Shown: one piece after another, positions 1 to 10,829 of the stretch
Layout of the letters: every line of letters starts with the position of its first letter
Numbering within the stretch: the first letter of the stretch is position 1
NCBI GenBank assembly: GCA_002422875.1
Contig: DITT01000029.1
Location: forward strand, 9,641-73,640
DNA length: 64,000 nucleotides
Source of the DNA: Rickettsiales bacterium UBA6177
Lineage (GTDB): Bacteria; Pseudomonadota; Alphaproteobacteria; Rickettsiales; UBA6177
Reading direction: 5' to 3'
Notes under the pieces: model-generated
The model's input: the letters and a program-made list of their open reading frames with translations, nothing else
What the model was told of the DNA's origin: nothing
Database searches by the model: none
Made by a program: the position numbers and the translations under genes

Positions 1-975
1 AGAATAGCAACAATTTTCTTGTCAATAATTCAAGGTTATGGTCTTGCAGTTGGTCTTGAAGCAATGCAAGCAGAATATGGTCAAATTGTTCAGGATCCAG
101 GGTTTTTCTTCAGAATTACAACAGTTGTAACTCTTTCAAGCGGAACAATGTTTTTGTTATGGATTGGTGACCAAATTACTTCTCGTGGTGTTGGCAATGG
201 TGTTTCATTGATAATATTTGCAGGTATTGTTGCTGGGTTACCTAATGCGATATTCTCGTTGTTTGAACTTGCTCGTGTTGGTTCAATTTCACCTGTGCTT
301 GTAATAGCTGTAATGGCAATTACTATTAGTTTAGTAACAATTATAATTTTCTTTGAAAAATCTACTCGTAAATTAGTTATTCAATACCCAAGAAGACAGG
401 TTGGTAATAAAATTTATGCTGGCGATACTTCGTATATGCCACTTAAATTAAATACAGCGGGTGTAATTCCGCCAATTTTTGCAAATTCCTTGTTACTTTT
501 TCCGGCAACAATCGCAGGTTTTGCAAAAGCAAATCCTTCAAGTGAAACATTTTTAAATAAACTGATGACTCTAATCGGGCATGGTAAACCTTTGTATATT
601 GTCTTAAGTTTAATATTAATTGTCTTTTTTAGCTTTTTTTATACAACTGCAGTATTTAATGCCAAAGAAACAGCCGATAATTTAAAAAAATATAATGGCT
701 TTATTCCTGGGATTAAACCTGGAGTAAACACTGAAAATCACTTAAATGAAGTACTAAATAGAATTACTTTAATTGGTGCTGCTTATTTAAGCTTTGTATG
801 TTTAGTTCCTGAGATTTTTATTAGTAGCTATTCACTCCCGTTTTACTTAGGTGGTACAGGCATGTTAATAGTTGTAAATGTTGTTATAGATACAACAGTA
901 CAAGTGCAAAGTCATCTTTTCTCTCATCAATATGATTCACTTCTTAAAAAAACAAAACTTAAGGGTAAGAAATGA
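1..975 (+). CDS. secY: Preprotein translocase subunit SecY, 5'-truncated by the window edge
   Basis: The frame is open from base 1. Multi-TM sequence with typical SecY C-terminal half (GNGVSLIIFAGIV, KLNTAGVIPPIFA, GGTGMLIVV). Conserved secY-adk-rpsM context. Confidence 0.95.
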   Translation, partial: RIATIFLSIIQGYGLAVGLEAMQAEYGQIVQDPGFFFRITTVVTLSSGTMFLLWIGDQITSRGVGNGVSLIIFAGIVAGLPNAIFSLFELARVGSISPVLVIAVMAITISLVTIIIFFEKSTRKLVIQYPRRQVGNKIYAGDTSYMPLKLNTAGVIPPIFANSLLLFPATIAGFAKANPSSETFLNKLMTLIGHGKPLYIVLSLILIVFFSFFYTTAVFNAKETADNLKKYNGFIPGIKPGVNTENHLNEVLNRITLIGAAYLSFVCLVPEIFISSYSLPFYLGGTGMLIVVNVVIDTTVQVQSHLFSHQYDSLLKKTKLKGKK

Positions 976-1628
976 AAAATATTATAATTTTAGGGGCTCC
1001 AGGATCAGGTAAAGGTACTATTTCTTCTTTTTTAGTTAAAGAATATGGTTTTTATCAGATATCTACTGGTGAATTATTAAGAGAAATCTCAAACTCTAAT
1101 AGCGAATTATCAAGTAGAATTAAGATAATTTTAAGTAAAGGTGAGTTAGTACCTGATGAAATAGTTGCTGAAATATTAGATGCAAAAATAATTGAATGTA
1201 CTAAACTTAATATCAAAGGTCTGATCTTTGATGGTTATCCAAGAACTCAATTACAAACAACTATGCTTGATACATTACTTATCAAACATAATTTAAATAT
1301 TACTAATGTTTTAGAACTTGATATAAGTTTAGAAGATCTTCAGTCGAGAATTTTAAATCGTTATTTATGCATTGATTGTGGAGAAATTTATAATCATATT
1401 TCTAAGCCTACAAAGCTTGTTGATATTTGTGATAAATGTGGTTCCCATAATTTTACTACAAGAAGCGATGATAATAAGGAAATTCTTGAGCAAAGATATA
1501 AAATATATCAGCAAAATATTGCTCATATTAAAGAATATTATTCTAATAAGGGGCTTTATCAAAGAATTAATGCAACATTAACTACGCATGAAATTCAAGA
1601 TATAGTTAAAAGTATTTTTAAAAATTAA
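972..1628 (+). CDS. adk: Adenylate kinase with Zn-finger type lid
   Basis: P-loop GAPGSGKGT, and a lid with CIDCG...CDKCG. 4-bp ATGA overlap with secY. Confidence 0.95.
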   Translation: MKNIIILGAPGSGKGTISSFLVKEYGFYQISTGELLREISNSNSELSSRIKIILSKGELVPDEIVAEILDAKIIECTKLNIKGLIFDGYPRTQLQTTMLDTLLIKHNLNITNVLELDISLEDLQSRILNRYLCIDCGEIYNHISKPTKLVDICDKCGSHNFTTRSDDNKEILEQRYKIYQQNIAHIKEYYSNKGLYQRINATLTTHEIQDIVKSIFKN

Positions 1629-1680
1629 ACATAAACTAAGAAAGTTAAAGTACTTATTTTTAGGAAGCTAAAAGTAAATA

Positions 1681-1708
1681 TTGACATAATATAAAATAAA
1701 ATTATGAT
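1681..1708 (+). promoter_or_regulatory. Candidate sigma70 promoter for rpsM-rpsK-rpoA-rplQ
   Basis: TTGACA (1681-1686), 16-nt spacer, TATGAT (1703-1708), about 35 bp upstream of the rpsM GTG. The AT-rich background raises the chance of a random match. Confidence 0.3.
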
Positions 1709-1742
1709 CAATTTTCTAGTTGCAAATAAATAGGAGTAAAAA

Positions 1743-2111
1743 GTGGCACGTATAGCAAGTGTTAATATACCAGATAACAAACGAGTTGAGATTTCCTTAA
1801 CTTATATATTTGGAATAGGTCCAACTTCTGCCAAAAAGATTACACAGAAAGTTGGTATTCCTTTAGCAAAAAGAGTAAAGGATCTATCTGAAGAAGAGTT
1901 ACTAGCTTTAAGAGAGCACATCAACGAAAATTATAAAGTTGAAGGTGATCTAAGAAAAGTTGTGATGTCTAATATAAAAGGCAAAATGGACTTAGGTTCT
2001 TATCAAGGTATAAGACATAGAAGGGGCCTTCCTGTTAGAGGACAAAACACTCATAATAATGCTAGAACCCGTAAAGGTAAGGCAAAAACAATTGCAAACA
2101 AGAAAAAGTAG
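1743..2111 (+). CDS. rpsM: 30S ribosomal protein S13
   Basis: [10 protein letters not shown]...YIFGIG...[16 protein letters not shown] start preceded by AGGAG. Confidence 0.97.
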   Translation: MARIASVNIPDNKRVEISLTYIFGIGPTSAKKITQKVGIPLAKRVKDLSEEELLALREHINENYKVEGDLRKVVMSNIKGKMDLGSYQGIRHRRGLPVRGQNTHNNARTRKGKAKTIANKKK

Positions 2112-2123
2112 GTCAACATAATT

Positions 2124-2516
2124 ATGGCTGCAAAAAAAGAAAAAGTAGTAAAGAAAAAAGTTAAGAAAAATATAATGGTTGGAATTGCACATGTTCAAGC
2201 AACATTCAATAACACAATTGTTACAATTACTGACTTAAAAGGTAATGTGATTGCATGGAGTTCTGCCGGTAGTCATGGATTTAAAGGTGCTAAAAAAGCT
2301 ACCCCTCATGCTGCACAAGTTACTACAGAAGCTGTAGTACGTAATGCAAAAGATCATGGTATGCAAACAGTAACAGTTAAAGCAAAAGGTCCTGGTGGCG
2401 GCAGAGAAGCTGCACTTAGAGCTCTTGCTGCTAATGGTTTAGTAGTTGCTTCCATCAAAGATGTTACGCCAATAGCTCATAATGGTTGTAGACCTAAAAA
2501 ACGTAGAAGAGCGTAA
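2124..2516 (+). CDS. rpsK: 30S ribosomal protein S11
   Basis: [18 protein letters not shown]...[17 protein letters not shown] is a canonical S11 sequence. Confidence 0.97.
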   Translation: MAAKKEKVVKKKVKKNIMVGIAHVQATFNNTIVTITDLKGNVIAWSSAGSHGFKGAKKATPHAAQVTTEAVVRNAKDHGMQTVTVKAKGPGGGREAALRALAANGLVVASIKDVTPIAHNGCRPKKRRRA

Positions 2517-2549
2517 TATTATAATATTAATTATAAAGGAAGTATATTC

Positions 2550-3557
2550 ATGCCTGTAATTTCCAAAAATTGGAATGAGTTGATTAAACCAACAAAAATA
2601 ATTGTTGATAGTAAACATAATATCTCAGAGATAATAGTAGAACCACTTGAAAGAGGTTTTGGCTTAACACTTGGTAATGCCCTTCGCAGAATTTTATTAT
2701 CTTCTTTGCAAGGTGCAGCAGTTACAAATGTAAAGATTGATGGAGTTGTCCATGAATTCTCTTCAATCGAAGGTGTTGTTGAAGATGTTCCAGAAATAAT
2801 ATTAAACCTTAAAAGTTTAGTTCTATCTCTACTTGAAAGCGATAAAAAAAAGATCACCCTTAATGCTGTAGGTCCAATTACAGTTACTGCTGATATGATA
2901 GAAACAGGTGCTCACGTTGAAATTATCAATAAAGACCTAGTTTTATGTACACTTGGTGAAGGTGCTTCTTTAAACATGGAGCTTACAGTTGAGTCTGGTA
3001 AAGGTTATGTAACTACAGCACAAAATAGAAAAGATAATGAAATTGGAGTTATGCCTATTGATTCATTATTTAGTCCTGTAAAAACAGTGTTTTATAATGT
3101 TGAAAATAGCCGTGTTGGTCAAATAACAGATTATGATAAGTTAATCTTAACTATTGAAACAAATGGCGCTATTACTCCAGAGAACGCTTTAGCTTATTCT
3201 GCAAGAATTTTACAAGATCAGTTAAGTTTGTTTATAAATTTTGAAGAAGAAAAAGAGCTAGAAAAAAATGAACTTGAACAGCTGACTTTTGATCCAAATC
3301 TTTTAAAGAAAGTTGAAGAGCTTGAATTATCTGTTAGATCACAAAATTGTCTTAAAAATGATAATATAATTTATATTGGTGATTTAGTTACTAAAACTGA
3401 ATCGGCGATGCTTAAAACACCAAATTTTGGTAGAAAGTCTTTGAACGAGATAAAGGAATTATTATCAAGTATGAGTTTAAGCTTCGGTATGGTTGTACCA
3501 GATTGGCCTCCTGAGAGTGTGGAAACACTAGCTAAAAAATACGAAGATCCATATTAG
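2550..3557 (+). CDS. rpoA: DNA-directed RNA polymerase alpha subunit
   Basis: N-terminal domain ([22 protein letters not shown]) and C-terminal domain ([22 protein letters not shown]). Confidence 0.97.
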   Translation: MPVISKNWNELIKPTKIIVDSKHNISEIIVEPLERGFGLTLGNALRRILLSSLQGAAVTNVKIDGVVHEFSSIEGVVEDVPEIILNLKSLVLSLLESDKKKITLNAVGPITVTADMIETGAHVEIINKDLVLCTLGEGASLNMELTVESGKGYVTTAQNRKDNEIGVMPIDSLFSPVKTVFYNVENSRVGQITDYDKLILTIETNGAITPENALAYSARILQDQLSLFINFEEEKELEKNELEQLTFDPNLLKKVEELELSVRSQNCLKNDNIIYIGDLVTKTESAMLKTPNFGRKSLNEIKELLSSMSLSFGMVVPDWPPESVETLAKKYEDPY

Positions 3558-3580
3558 AATAGTTTTTAAGGAAGAAAAAA

Positions 3581-3997
3581 ATGAGACATAGAACAAGTGC
3601 AAGAAAGTTAAATAGAACTTCAAGTCACAGAAAAGCCTTATTAAAAAATATGGCCAATTCATTACTAAATCATGAGCAAATTGTAACAACTTTACCAAAA
3701 GCTAAAACTTTACGCCCATATGTTGAAAAGTTAATAACTTTTGCTAAAAAAGGCGGATTGCACTCACAAAGAATTGTTATTTCTAAACAAGCTGATAAAG
3801 AAGTAGTTAAAAAACTATTTACTGAACTTAAAGACAGATATCTTACACGTAATGGTGGTTATACTAGAATTATGAAAGCTGGCTTTAGATATGGTGATAA
3901 TGCACCAATGGCAGTGATTGAGCTAGTTGATAGGAATCCTGAAGCAAGAGGTAAGCAACCTTTTGTAATAGAAGAAGATGCTAATGAAGTGAAATAG
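3581..3997 (+). CDS. rplQ: 50S ribosomal protein L17
   Basis: [25 protein letters not shown]...GGYTRI. Confidence 0.95.
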   Translation: MRHRTSARKLNRTSSHRKALLKNMANSLLNHEQIVTTLPKAKTLRPYVEKLITFAKKGGLHSQRIVISKQADKEVVKKLFTELKDRYLTRNGGYTRIMKAGFRYGDNAPMAVIELVDRNPEARGKQPFVIEEDANEVK

Positions 3998-4016
3998 GTT
4001 TTACCTATTCCACTTC
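3986..4016 (+). terminator. Hairpin overlapping the rplQ stop codon, a possible intrinsic terminator
   Basis: GAAGTGAAATAGGT-TTT-ACCTATTCCACTTC: 14-nt arms with one mismatch, followed by a T-rich tract. Confidence 0.4.
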
Positions 4017-4201
4017 ATTTCTCTAAAAAATATCTAATATTTTCTCTATAGTTAATTTTCTAAAATAGCTAATAGAAAGCTAATATATTCTAAAATTTCT
4101 TACAACTTATCACTATAATCCAAAAATTTCTGCCTTTAAGGTTAATATTTTGGATTATATGATTTATGTTGAAGTTTATACTAAACACAATAAGTATAGG
4201 C

Positions 4202-4330
4202 TAGAAAAGTCAATATAGTGAATTAAGTTGATAATCCTGCTAGGATAAAAAAAGAGCACGCTAGCTAAATCTAGCTAAACTACGATTAAGAATGCACAAA
4301 ATTTAACAGAATCAACTATATTTAGCCAAT
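4202..4330. repeat. Dispersed intergenic repeat, copy A, inside the 533-bp rplQ-clpB spacer
   Basis: Shares the blocks AAGTATAGG, AATTA(A/T)AGTTGA, AAATCTAGCTAAA(C/T)(T/A)ACG(A/G)TTAA and GAATC(A/T)ACTATA, in the same order, with 59374-59490. The same blocks occur inverted at 41395-41522. Confidence 0.5.
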
Positions 4331-4470
4331 AATAACTAAACATTAAAACCAACATAATTCATTATATAATATACTATTGCTTTAATCTTACCTAGCATAA
4401 TTCTTAACCTAATCTTACTATATCAAGCGCTAGTACTGCTAACATAAAAAATTTATTATTATCGTTATAT

Positions 4471-4497
4471 CTTGAATATTAGTTTTCTAATCTATAT
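4471..4497 (+). promoter_or_regulatory. Candidate RpoH (sigma32)-type heat-shock promoter for clpB
   Basis: CTTG (4471-4474), N17, CTATAT (4492-4497), about 35 bp upstream of the clpB ATG. Matches the alphaproteobacterial CTTG-N17-CYTAT-NT pattern. Confidence 0.4.
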
Positions 4498-4530
4498 ATG
4501 TATTAAAATATTAGCAGGAGCTTCACGATT

Positions 4531-7089
4531 ATGGATCTAAATAATTTTACTGAATATGCAAAGAAAATACTTCAAGACACTCAGTTTTTTGCAATTTCAA
4601 ATAATAATCAGCAACTTACTAGCATACATTTACTTAAAATTTTACTCGATGATAAAGATAAGCTTTTTAAAAATTTAATGACAAGTACAAAATTAAATAT
4701 TGAAAAACTTGATAGTTTGCTTGCAATTGAATTAAATAAAATACCAAAAGTTTCAGGAGAGTCTGGGCTTATACTCGGTAATGATTTAGCACAGGTAATT
4801 GCTAAAGCAAAAGAAATTGCTCAAAATGATGCTCATGAGTTCATATCAATAGAAACTATAATTCAAGCTATTGCTAGTTTAGAAAATATTCCAGCTGGGA
4901 AAATTCTAAAAAACTCTGGCCTTGTACTAAGTGATTTAAATAAAGCAATTATCACTTTAAGAAAAGGTAAGAAGGTTTCATCATCTAGTGCTGAAGCAAA
5001 TTATAATTCCTTAGAGAAATATACTAAAGATATTACTAAACTCGCAAGAGAAGGAAAAATTGATCCTGTAATTGGAAGGGATGATGAAATTAGACGTGTA
5101 ATTCAAGTATTATCACGCCGAACAAAAAATAATCCTGTTTTAATTGGTGAACCAGGAGTTGGTAAAACAGCTATAATTGAAGGAATAGCAAACAGAATAA
5201 TAGACGGTGATGTTCCTGATAATATGAAACAATCAATTTTACTTACACTCGATTTAGGAGCTTTAATAGCTGGAGCAAAATTTAGAGGTGAATTCGAAGA
5301 AAGATTAAAGGCTGTACTTAATGAAGTGTTAGCAAATGACGGCGAAACCATCTTATTTATTGATGAATTACATACTCTAGTTGGTGCAGGGGCAGCAGAA
5401 GGCTCAATGGATGCATCTAATCTATTAAAGCCAGCTCTAGCAAGAGGTGAACTCCATTGTGTAGGGGCTACTACTCTTGATGAATATCGTAAATACATTG
5501 AAAAAGACGCAGCTCTAGCTCGTAGATTTCAAGCAGTATATGTAAGTGAACCAACGGTTGCTGATACAATTTCGATTTTAAGAGGTATTAAAGATAAATA
5601 TGAACTACACCACGGAATTGGTATAACTGATAATGCAATAGTTGCTGCTGCTACTTTATCTAATAGATATATTACGGATAGGTTTTTGCCAGATAAAGCA
5701 ATTGATTTAATCGATGAAGCTGCAAGTAAACTTAGAATGGAAGTTGATAGCAAGCCACAAGAAATTGATGAGCTAGACCGCAGAATAATTCAGTTAAAAA
5801 TAGAAAGTGAAGTTCTAAAAAAAGAAAAAGATAGTTTTTCAAAAGAAAGGCTAGAAACAATTAATAATGAGCTTACTCTCTTAGAAGCACAATCTTATGA
5901 ACTAAATTCCAGTTGGAATAATGAAAAGCTTAAAATAGCTAATATCAAAAAATTAAAAGAAGATTTAGATGAAGCTAAAATAAAACTAGAAATAGCCCAA
6001 AGAAATGGTGAACTTGCATCTGCAGGTGAACTTGCATATGGTGTTATTCCAACGTTAACTACTAAACTTGCTGAGGCAGAAAAATTAAAAGTTAATAGCA
6101 CATTGCTAAGAGAAGCTATTAATGAAAAAGATATAGCTTATATTATTTCTAAAATTACTGGTATTCCTATTGATAAAATGCTAAGTGGCGAGAAAGAAAA
6201 ACTACTAAACATGGAAAATGAAATAAGTAGTAAAGTGATAGGACAGCATGCAGCCGTAAAAGCAATAAGTAATGCGATTAAAAGATCACGAACCGGAATA
6301 AATGATCCAAATAAACCAATAGGTTCTTTTATGTTTTTAGGGCCTACAGGAGTTGGTAAAACCGAGCTTTCTAAAGTACTTGCTCAGTTTATGTTTAATG
6401 ATAAAGATTCTTTACTCAGATTTGATATGTCAGAATATATGGAGAAACATGCTGTTGCAAGATTAATAGGAGCTCCTCCTGGGTATATTGGTTATGATGA
6501 AGGTGGTAAGCTTACAGAAGCTGTTAGAAGAAGACCATATCAAGTAATTTTATTCGATGAAATAGAGAAAGCACATCCTGATGTATTTAATATTTTATTA
6601 CAAGTTTTAGATGATGGTAGATTAACTGACGGACGAGGTAGAATTGTAGATTTTAAAAATACAATTATTATCCTAACTTCTAATCTTGGAGCTTCATTTT
6701 TGCTTGAAGAAGAAAATATTGTAATTGCACAAAAAAAAGTACTAGATTTAGTTAAATCCACATTTAAGCCAGAATTTATTAATCGCTTAGATGAAATTTT
6801 AATATTTAACAAACTTGAAAAGACTGACATGAAAGCAGTAGTAGCTGTGCAGTTAAAAACCTTACAAACTTTTCTAGAGCAGAAAAAAATTTATATAGCA
6901 TATCAAGATGATTTAATAAATTGGCTTGTTGATGTAGGATATGATAAAGACTACGGTGCAAGACCGCTCAAAAGAATAATTCAAAAAGAAATCAAAGATA
7001 AGTTAGCTGCTCATATTTTAGAAGGCAAAATATCTGATAGTGGTATAGTGAATATCGCAATAGAAAATAATCAATTAGTTGTTAGTTAG
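4531..7089 (+). CDS. clpB: ATP-dependent chaperone/disaggregase ClpB
   Basis: Two AAA+ modules (GEPGVGKT and GPTGVGKT Walker A), a long coiled-coil middle domain, and an 852-aa length. Confidence 0.97.
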   Translation: MDLNNFTEYAKKILQDTQFFAISNNNQQLTSIHLLKILLDDKDKLFKNLMTSTKLNIEKLDSLLAIELNKIPKVSGESGLILGNDLAQVIAKAKEIAQNDAHEFISIETIIQAIASLENIPAGKILKNSGLVLSDLNKAIITLRKGKKVSSSSAEANYNSLEKYTKDITKLAREGKIDPVIGRDDEIRRVIQVLSRRTKNNPVLIGEPGVGKTAIIEGIANRIIDGDVPDNMKQSILLTLDLGALIAGAKFRGEFEERLKAVLNEVLANDGETILFIDELHTLVGAGAAEGSMDASNLLKPALARGELHCVGATTLDEYRKYIEKDAALARRFQAVYVSEPTVADTISILRGIKDKYELHHGIGITDNAIVAAATLSNRYITDRFLPDKAIDLIDEAASKLRMEVDSKPQEIDELDRRIIQLKIESEVLKKEKDSFSKERLETINNELTLLEAQSYELNSSWNNEKLKIANIKKLKEDLDEAKIKLEIAQRNGELASAGELAYGVIPTLTTKLAEAEKLKVNSTLLREAINEKDIAYIISKITGIPIDKMLSGEKEKLLNMENEISSKVIGQHAAVKAISNAIKRSRTGINDPNKPIGSFMFLGPTGVGKTELSKVLAQFMFNDKDSLLRFDMSEYMEKHAVARLIGAPPGYIGYDEGGKLTEAVRRRPYQVILFDEIEKAHPDVFNILLQVLDDGRLTDGRGRIVDFKNTIIILTSNLGASFLLEEENIVIAQKKVLDLVKSTFKPEFINRLDEILIFNKLEKTDMKAVVAVQLKTLQTFLEQKKIYIAYQDDLINWLVDVGYDKDYGARPLKRIIQKEIKDKLAAHILEGKISDSGIVNIAIENNQLVVS

Positions 7090-8340
7090 CTTTTTAAAAA
7101 TAAAAATGGTTGGTATGTTAATTAAAGTAATTACAATAAAGAAAATATACCAACCAGTAAAATCTACAAGGTAGCCTGAAAAACTAGGGATGACAGTTCT
7201 TGCAAATCCCATTAAAGAAAATAATACTGCATACTGAATAGCTATATTATCACCTTTACATAGGCTACTCATATAAGAAATATAAATTGTAAGCACCATA
7301 CCACCAGTAAATGCTTGGATTCCTGAAATAATACTTAGGTAAAGAATACTAGAATTCTTTAAATAAATAAGTGGTAAGTATAATAAATGCGCTACAGAAT
7401 GAATTATGAGGAATTTTATTAAATAAGTTTCTAATAAATTATTTTTAGTAATAAAACCAGTCATGATTGTACCTAAAAGGGCCATAAAAAAACCAATAAA
7501 CTTAGAATAAATAGCAATTTCTTCGCTGCTAAATCCTAAATTTAAATAAAGAGGGTTTATCATTGTAATCATCATATTATCTGGTAAACGGTATAAAATA
7601 AGAAAAACAAAAATTAAAGAGATATTTTTTATATTACCAAAATGAGTAAATGGTAAAATAATATAATTATATAATGAGAATTTATATGGTTTTACTATAT
7701 TTTGCTTGGGTTCTTCAGTTGAAAATATAGTAATTAATAAAAAAATACCACATAGGAGTGCTAAACTTAAATATAATATTTGCCAAGGAAAGATAGCTGA
7801 AAAATAAATAGCACCAGCTCCAGAAATTAATAATCCAAAGCGATAGCCACAAACATAACTTGCTGAAGAAATATTTAGCTTATCTGCAAAAATATTAATT
7901 CTATAAGAATTAATTGAAAGATCTAGGATTACAGAAAATAGTGCTATAAAAAAAGCGATAAAACAAATTTCTAATAAATTGTTTGTTGGTGTTCTAAAAC
8001 TCATTAATATAAGTAATATTACACAAATAAATAAAGAGCAAATAATCCAAGATTTATGATGTGAAAGAAATTTAGATGTAAAAGGAAAATGTCTATAGGT
8101 AATTATTGGTGCTATAAGATATTTAAAAGAATAGGGAAGCGCAACAAGTGTTATAATACTAATTGTTTTGATATCAATTCCTTCAGATGTAAGCCAAAAA
8201 TTTAAAGTATTACCTGATATTAAAAGCAATGTACCATTAATAAGTCCTCCCAAAAATGAATTGAGAATTGCTTTTTTATTATAATGAAAATTATTAAATT
8301 TTTTTAAGATGTTATGTATAATTTGCGTAATGCAAAACAT
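7075..8340 (-). CDS. ampG: AmpG-family MFS permease (muropeptide transporter-like)
   Basis: 12-TM-like profile. The N-terminal region (LGGLINGTLLLISGNTLNFWLTSEGIDIKTISIITLVALPYSFKYLIAPI) matches the conserved AmpG N-terminal pattern. The 3' end overlaps the clpB 3' end by 15 bp (convergent). Confidence 0.75.
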   Translation of the reverse strand: MFCITQIIHNILKKFNNFHYNKKAILNSFLGGLINGTLLLISGNTLNFWLTSEGIDIKTISIITLVALPYSFKYLIAPIITYRHFPFTSKFLSHHKSWIICSLFICVILLILMSFRTPTNNLLEICFIAFFIALFSVILDLSINSYRINIFADKLNISSASYVCGYRFGLLISGAGAIYFSAIFPWQILYLSLALLCGIFLLITIFSTEEPKQNIVKPYKFSLYNYIILPFTHFGNIKNISLIFVFLILYRLPDNMMITMINPLYLNLGFSSEEIAIYSKFIGFFMALLGTIMTGFITKNNLLETYLIKFLIIHSVAHLLYLPLIYLKNSSILYLSIISGIQAFTGGMVLTIYISYMSSLCKGDNIAIQYAVLFSLMGFARTVIPSFSGYLVDFTGWYIFFIVITLINIPTIFIFKKLTNN

Positions 8341-8538
8341 TTATGCAAATTTCTTAGTTTCTTCTGATGTAAGGACTCTTGCTTTATCACTAAGCATCAT
8401 TGGTATACCATCTATTATTGGGTATGCAAGGCCTGCTTTAATAGAAATGATTTCTTGTTTTATTCTATCATATATTAAATTATCACTTTTGGTTACAGGG
8501 CAAGTTAGAACCTTTAATAATTCAGATGATAAATTCAT
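8341..8538 (-). CDS. Trm112/YcaR-family small protein
   Basis: 65 aa. [11 protein letters not shown]...[10 protein letters not shown] is the typical Trm112 pattern. It abuts the ampG start. Confidence 0.7.
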   Translation of the reverse strand: MNLSSELLKVLTCPVTKSDNLIYDRIKQEIISIKAGLAYPIIDGIPMMLSDKARVLTSEETKKFA

Positions 8539-8589
8539 GATAGAAAAGTTATTAATTTTTAAAGAAAGTACATGATTATTATCATGAAG

Positions 8590-10071
8590 TCAATTTAATT
8601 TTGTTTTTTTGTTAAATGGGTTCATAAAAATCAATATTGCTAAAGTTGGAACAATAAAATTAATTAAATTAGTAGTAATCATTAACTCAGCAACATTGTG
8701 ATAGTCGCCCCTTTTAATAATATATATCTCAGATAAAATTCTTGTTAAAATACGTGCTCCACCAACATATGCAAGACTCATTAAAGTCATTACGATAGCA
8801 AACCAATTAGCAGTATGTTTCTTTGGTGCATAATAAGTAGCAGCTGTGCATAAGACTAGAAAAGCAAATGTGCTAGTAGGAGCATTAATACCAGTATCAG
8901 CTATGCCAATTATAGATAATGTAAAAATTCCAATACCTAAATATTTCTCAGTGAAATGATGTAAGCCGTATGCCATACCAAGCATAGGTAATTGCATAAT
9001 ACAGTGAATTAGATTTAAAATTAAGAAGGTTTTGGCAATATTAATTTTAAGTATTTTCTTACCAAGGGTGAGAAGCAAAATAAAGCTTATAATAATAGTA
9101 AGTAATTTTAAAAATGAAATAATTTGAGGAGTAAAATGAAGTACATCAATTTGCCACCATTCAACTCCAGGGCCAAAATTTGGTGAACAGCGATAACAAA
9201 ATGTAACAAAAATAATACTTAAGATTTTCTTTCTATTTTCGGGTATAATTTCTTTTATCAATTTGTTAATGCCAAAAATTGAAACTATTACTCCAATAAA
9301 AAATAATATCTCTTGGCTATAAGCAATTCTAAAGAAGGAAAGAATTATTACAGCTAAAAAATAAATACCTGAGATAAACACCATTGAATAATCTTGTTCA
9401 AATTCTGGTATTTGAGGTTCTTTTCTTACGATTATAATACCAAATATTGCAATTAATGATACTAATGGCAGAAAGTAGCTAATTGTACCATATGAGAATT
9501 TTGTTGCAATATAACCTCCTATTAAAACTCCGAAGAATGAGCCTGTAGTATCAAATATTTTTGAGTAAAGCTGAACTAAATTTATTTCTTCATGAATATT
9601 ATCCTTGTCAATAGGAGTGCCATTGCTGCTTGTTTTTTTTACTACGTCATAACATAAAGTATCAGCTATAAGATCTTGTAAAACAACACCAGTAGTTACA
9701 AGTGCTCCAGAAAGACAAAGTAATTGAAAAATACTTAAAAAAGCAAAATTAATTTTATTATTAGCAATCATTATAATTACTATATTACCAAGTAAAATTA
9801 GAATATTTGCAATAAATACATATATATTTCTGTGACTGTTGAATATTTTGATATTATCAACAATTTGTCCAAAAATAATCTTCATCGACCATGGTAATCC
9901 TGACCAAATAGTAATAGAAATTATTTCTGAAGTAGTTAAAGATAGTGAGTTTTTAATCCAAAATAATTGCGCAATATCAGAGAAAACTATAAAAGAATTT
10001 GCAAAATAAATAGTGAGTATTGGTAAATAGGCAAGCTTAAAGTTACTCGACAGGTACCTTAGGTAATTCAT
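8590..10071 (-). CDS. BT1 (folate/biopterin transporter)-like MFS permease
   Basis: Polytopic membrane protein. SGLPWSMKIIFGQIVDNIKIF resembles the BT1 signature (lPWs.Kp.yG...D). Confidence 0.5.
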   Translation of the reverse strand: MNYLRYLSSNFKLAYLPILTIYFANSFIVFSDIAQLFWIKNSLSLTTSEIISITIWSGLPWSMKIIFGQIVDNIKIFNSHRNIYVFIANILILLGNIVIIMIANNKINFAFLSIFQLLCLSGALVTTGVVLQDLIADTLCYDVVKKTSSNGTPIDKDNIHEEINLVQLYSKIFDTTGSFFGVLIGGYIATKFSYGTISYFLPLVSLIAIFGIIIVRKEPQIPEFEQDYSMVFISGIYFLAVIILSFFRIAYSQEILFFIGVIVSIFGINKLIKEIIPENRKKILSIIFVTFCYRCSPNFGPGVEWWQIDVLHFTPQIISFLKLLTIIISFILLLTLGKKILKINIAKTFLILNLIHCIMQLPMLGMAYGLHHFTEKYLGIGIFTLSIIGIADTGINAPTSTFAFLVLCTAATYYAPKKHTANWFAIVMTLMSLAYVGGARILTRILSEIYIIKRGDYHNVAELMITTNLINFIVPTLAILIFMNPFNKKTKLN

Positions 10072-10828
10072 TTAATCTCCATAATTTTTTATATGTAGTA
10101 ATACTTAAAGGAATCGATAATAAGTAAATAGTTGCAAGTATAGGTAATGCAATCCATGGTTGGATGATTATAATTGCTACTGTAAATCCTACAATTACAA
10201 AAAATAAAGGTACGTAATCTTTAGTTATAACAATTTTTTTAGTTGAAAATGTAGGAATAGTGCTTACAAGCATTAGTGATAGAAAAATAGAATATGCACT
10301 TAATATGTAATTTAAATGATCAATTTCAAAATTAAAGCTAAAGTGCAACATCATTGGTGTAAGTAATAAGTATGCACCTGCTGGTGCTGGAATCCCTTGG
10401 AAGAAATTGGCTTTCCACTCATTTTGTTTTTCATCGAGCGGTTCATTATTAAATCTTGCAAGTCTAATAGACATACAAACAGCAAAAAGAAGCACGCAAG
10501 CCCAACCAAGGCCTGTCTCTGAATCATTACTCATATTCCATAAATATATGACTATTCCTGGAGCAACACCAAAATTTATGAAATCAGCAAGTGAGTCAAG
10601 ATATGCCCCAAAGCTACTCGTAGCTTTTAAAAACCTAGCTAATCTTCCATCAACTAGATCAAGAAAACCAGCGATTATAATTAATGATACTGCTATTTCC
10701 CATTTATCACTTAAGGCGTATCTAATAGAGGACAGCCCACAACATATAGAAGTTAAGGTTATAATATTAGGAAATAATTTGCTTAAAGAAAGTTTTCTTT
10801 CATGAGCTTTTTGGTTTTCGTCAAACAT
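10043..10828 (-). CDS. pssA: CDP-diacylglycerol--serine O-phosphatidyltransferase
   Basis: CDP-alcohol phosphatidyltransferase motif DLVDGRLARFLKATSSFGAYLDSLADFINFG. Lies immediately downstream of psd. Confidence 0.85.
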   Translation of the reverse strand: MFDENQKAHERKLSLSKLFPNIITLTSICCGLSSIRYALSDKWEIAVSLIIIAGFLDLVDGRLARFLKATSSFGAYLDSLADFINFGVAPGIVIYLWNMSNDSETGLGWACVLLFAVCMSIRLARFNNEPLDEKQNEWKANFFQGIPAPAGAYLLLTPMMLHFSFNFEIDHLNYILSAYSIFLSLMLVSTIPTFSTKKIVITKDYVPLFFVIVGFTVAIIIIQPWIALPILATIYLLSIPLSITTYKKLWRLNELPKVPVE

Positions 10829-10829
10829 A

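Noticed and set aside
5103-6830. Minus-strand ORFs 5103-5498, 5529-5753, 5895-6101 and 6540-6830 inside clpB
   Set aside because: These are antisense shadow ORFs of a strongly supported gene. Their translations are low-complexity (S/A/I-rich) with no motifs.
7075-7089. 15-bp overlap of the convergent clpB and ampG 3' ends
   Set aside because: It is real in the sequence but is a common feature of compact genomes. No hairpin or special signal is visible.
8309-8575. 88-aa plus-strand ORF overlapping the Trm112-like gene
   Set aside because: The opposite-strand 65-aa ORF has the conserved Trm112 pattern and abuts ampG. The plus-strand ORF has no motif.
10407-10805. 132-aa plus-strand ORF inside pssA
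   Set aside because: It is antisense to a gene that carries the complete CDP-alcohol phosphatidyltransferase motif.
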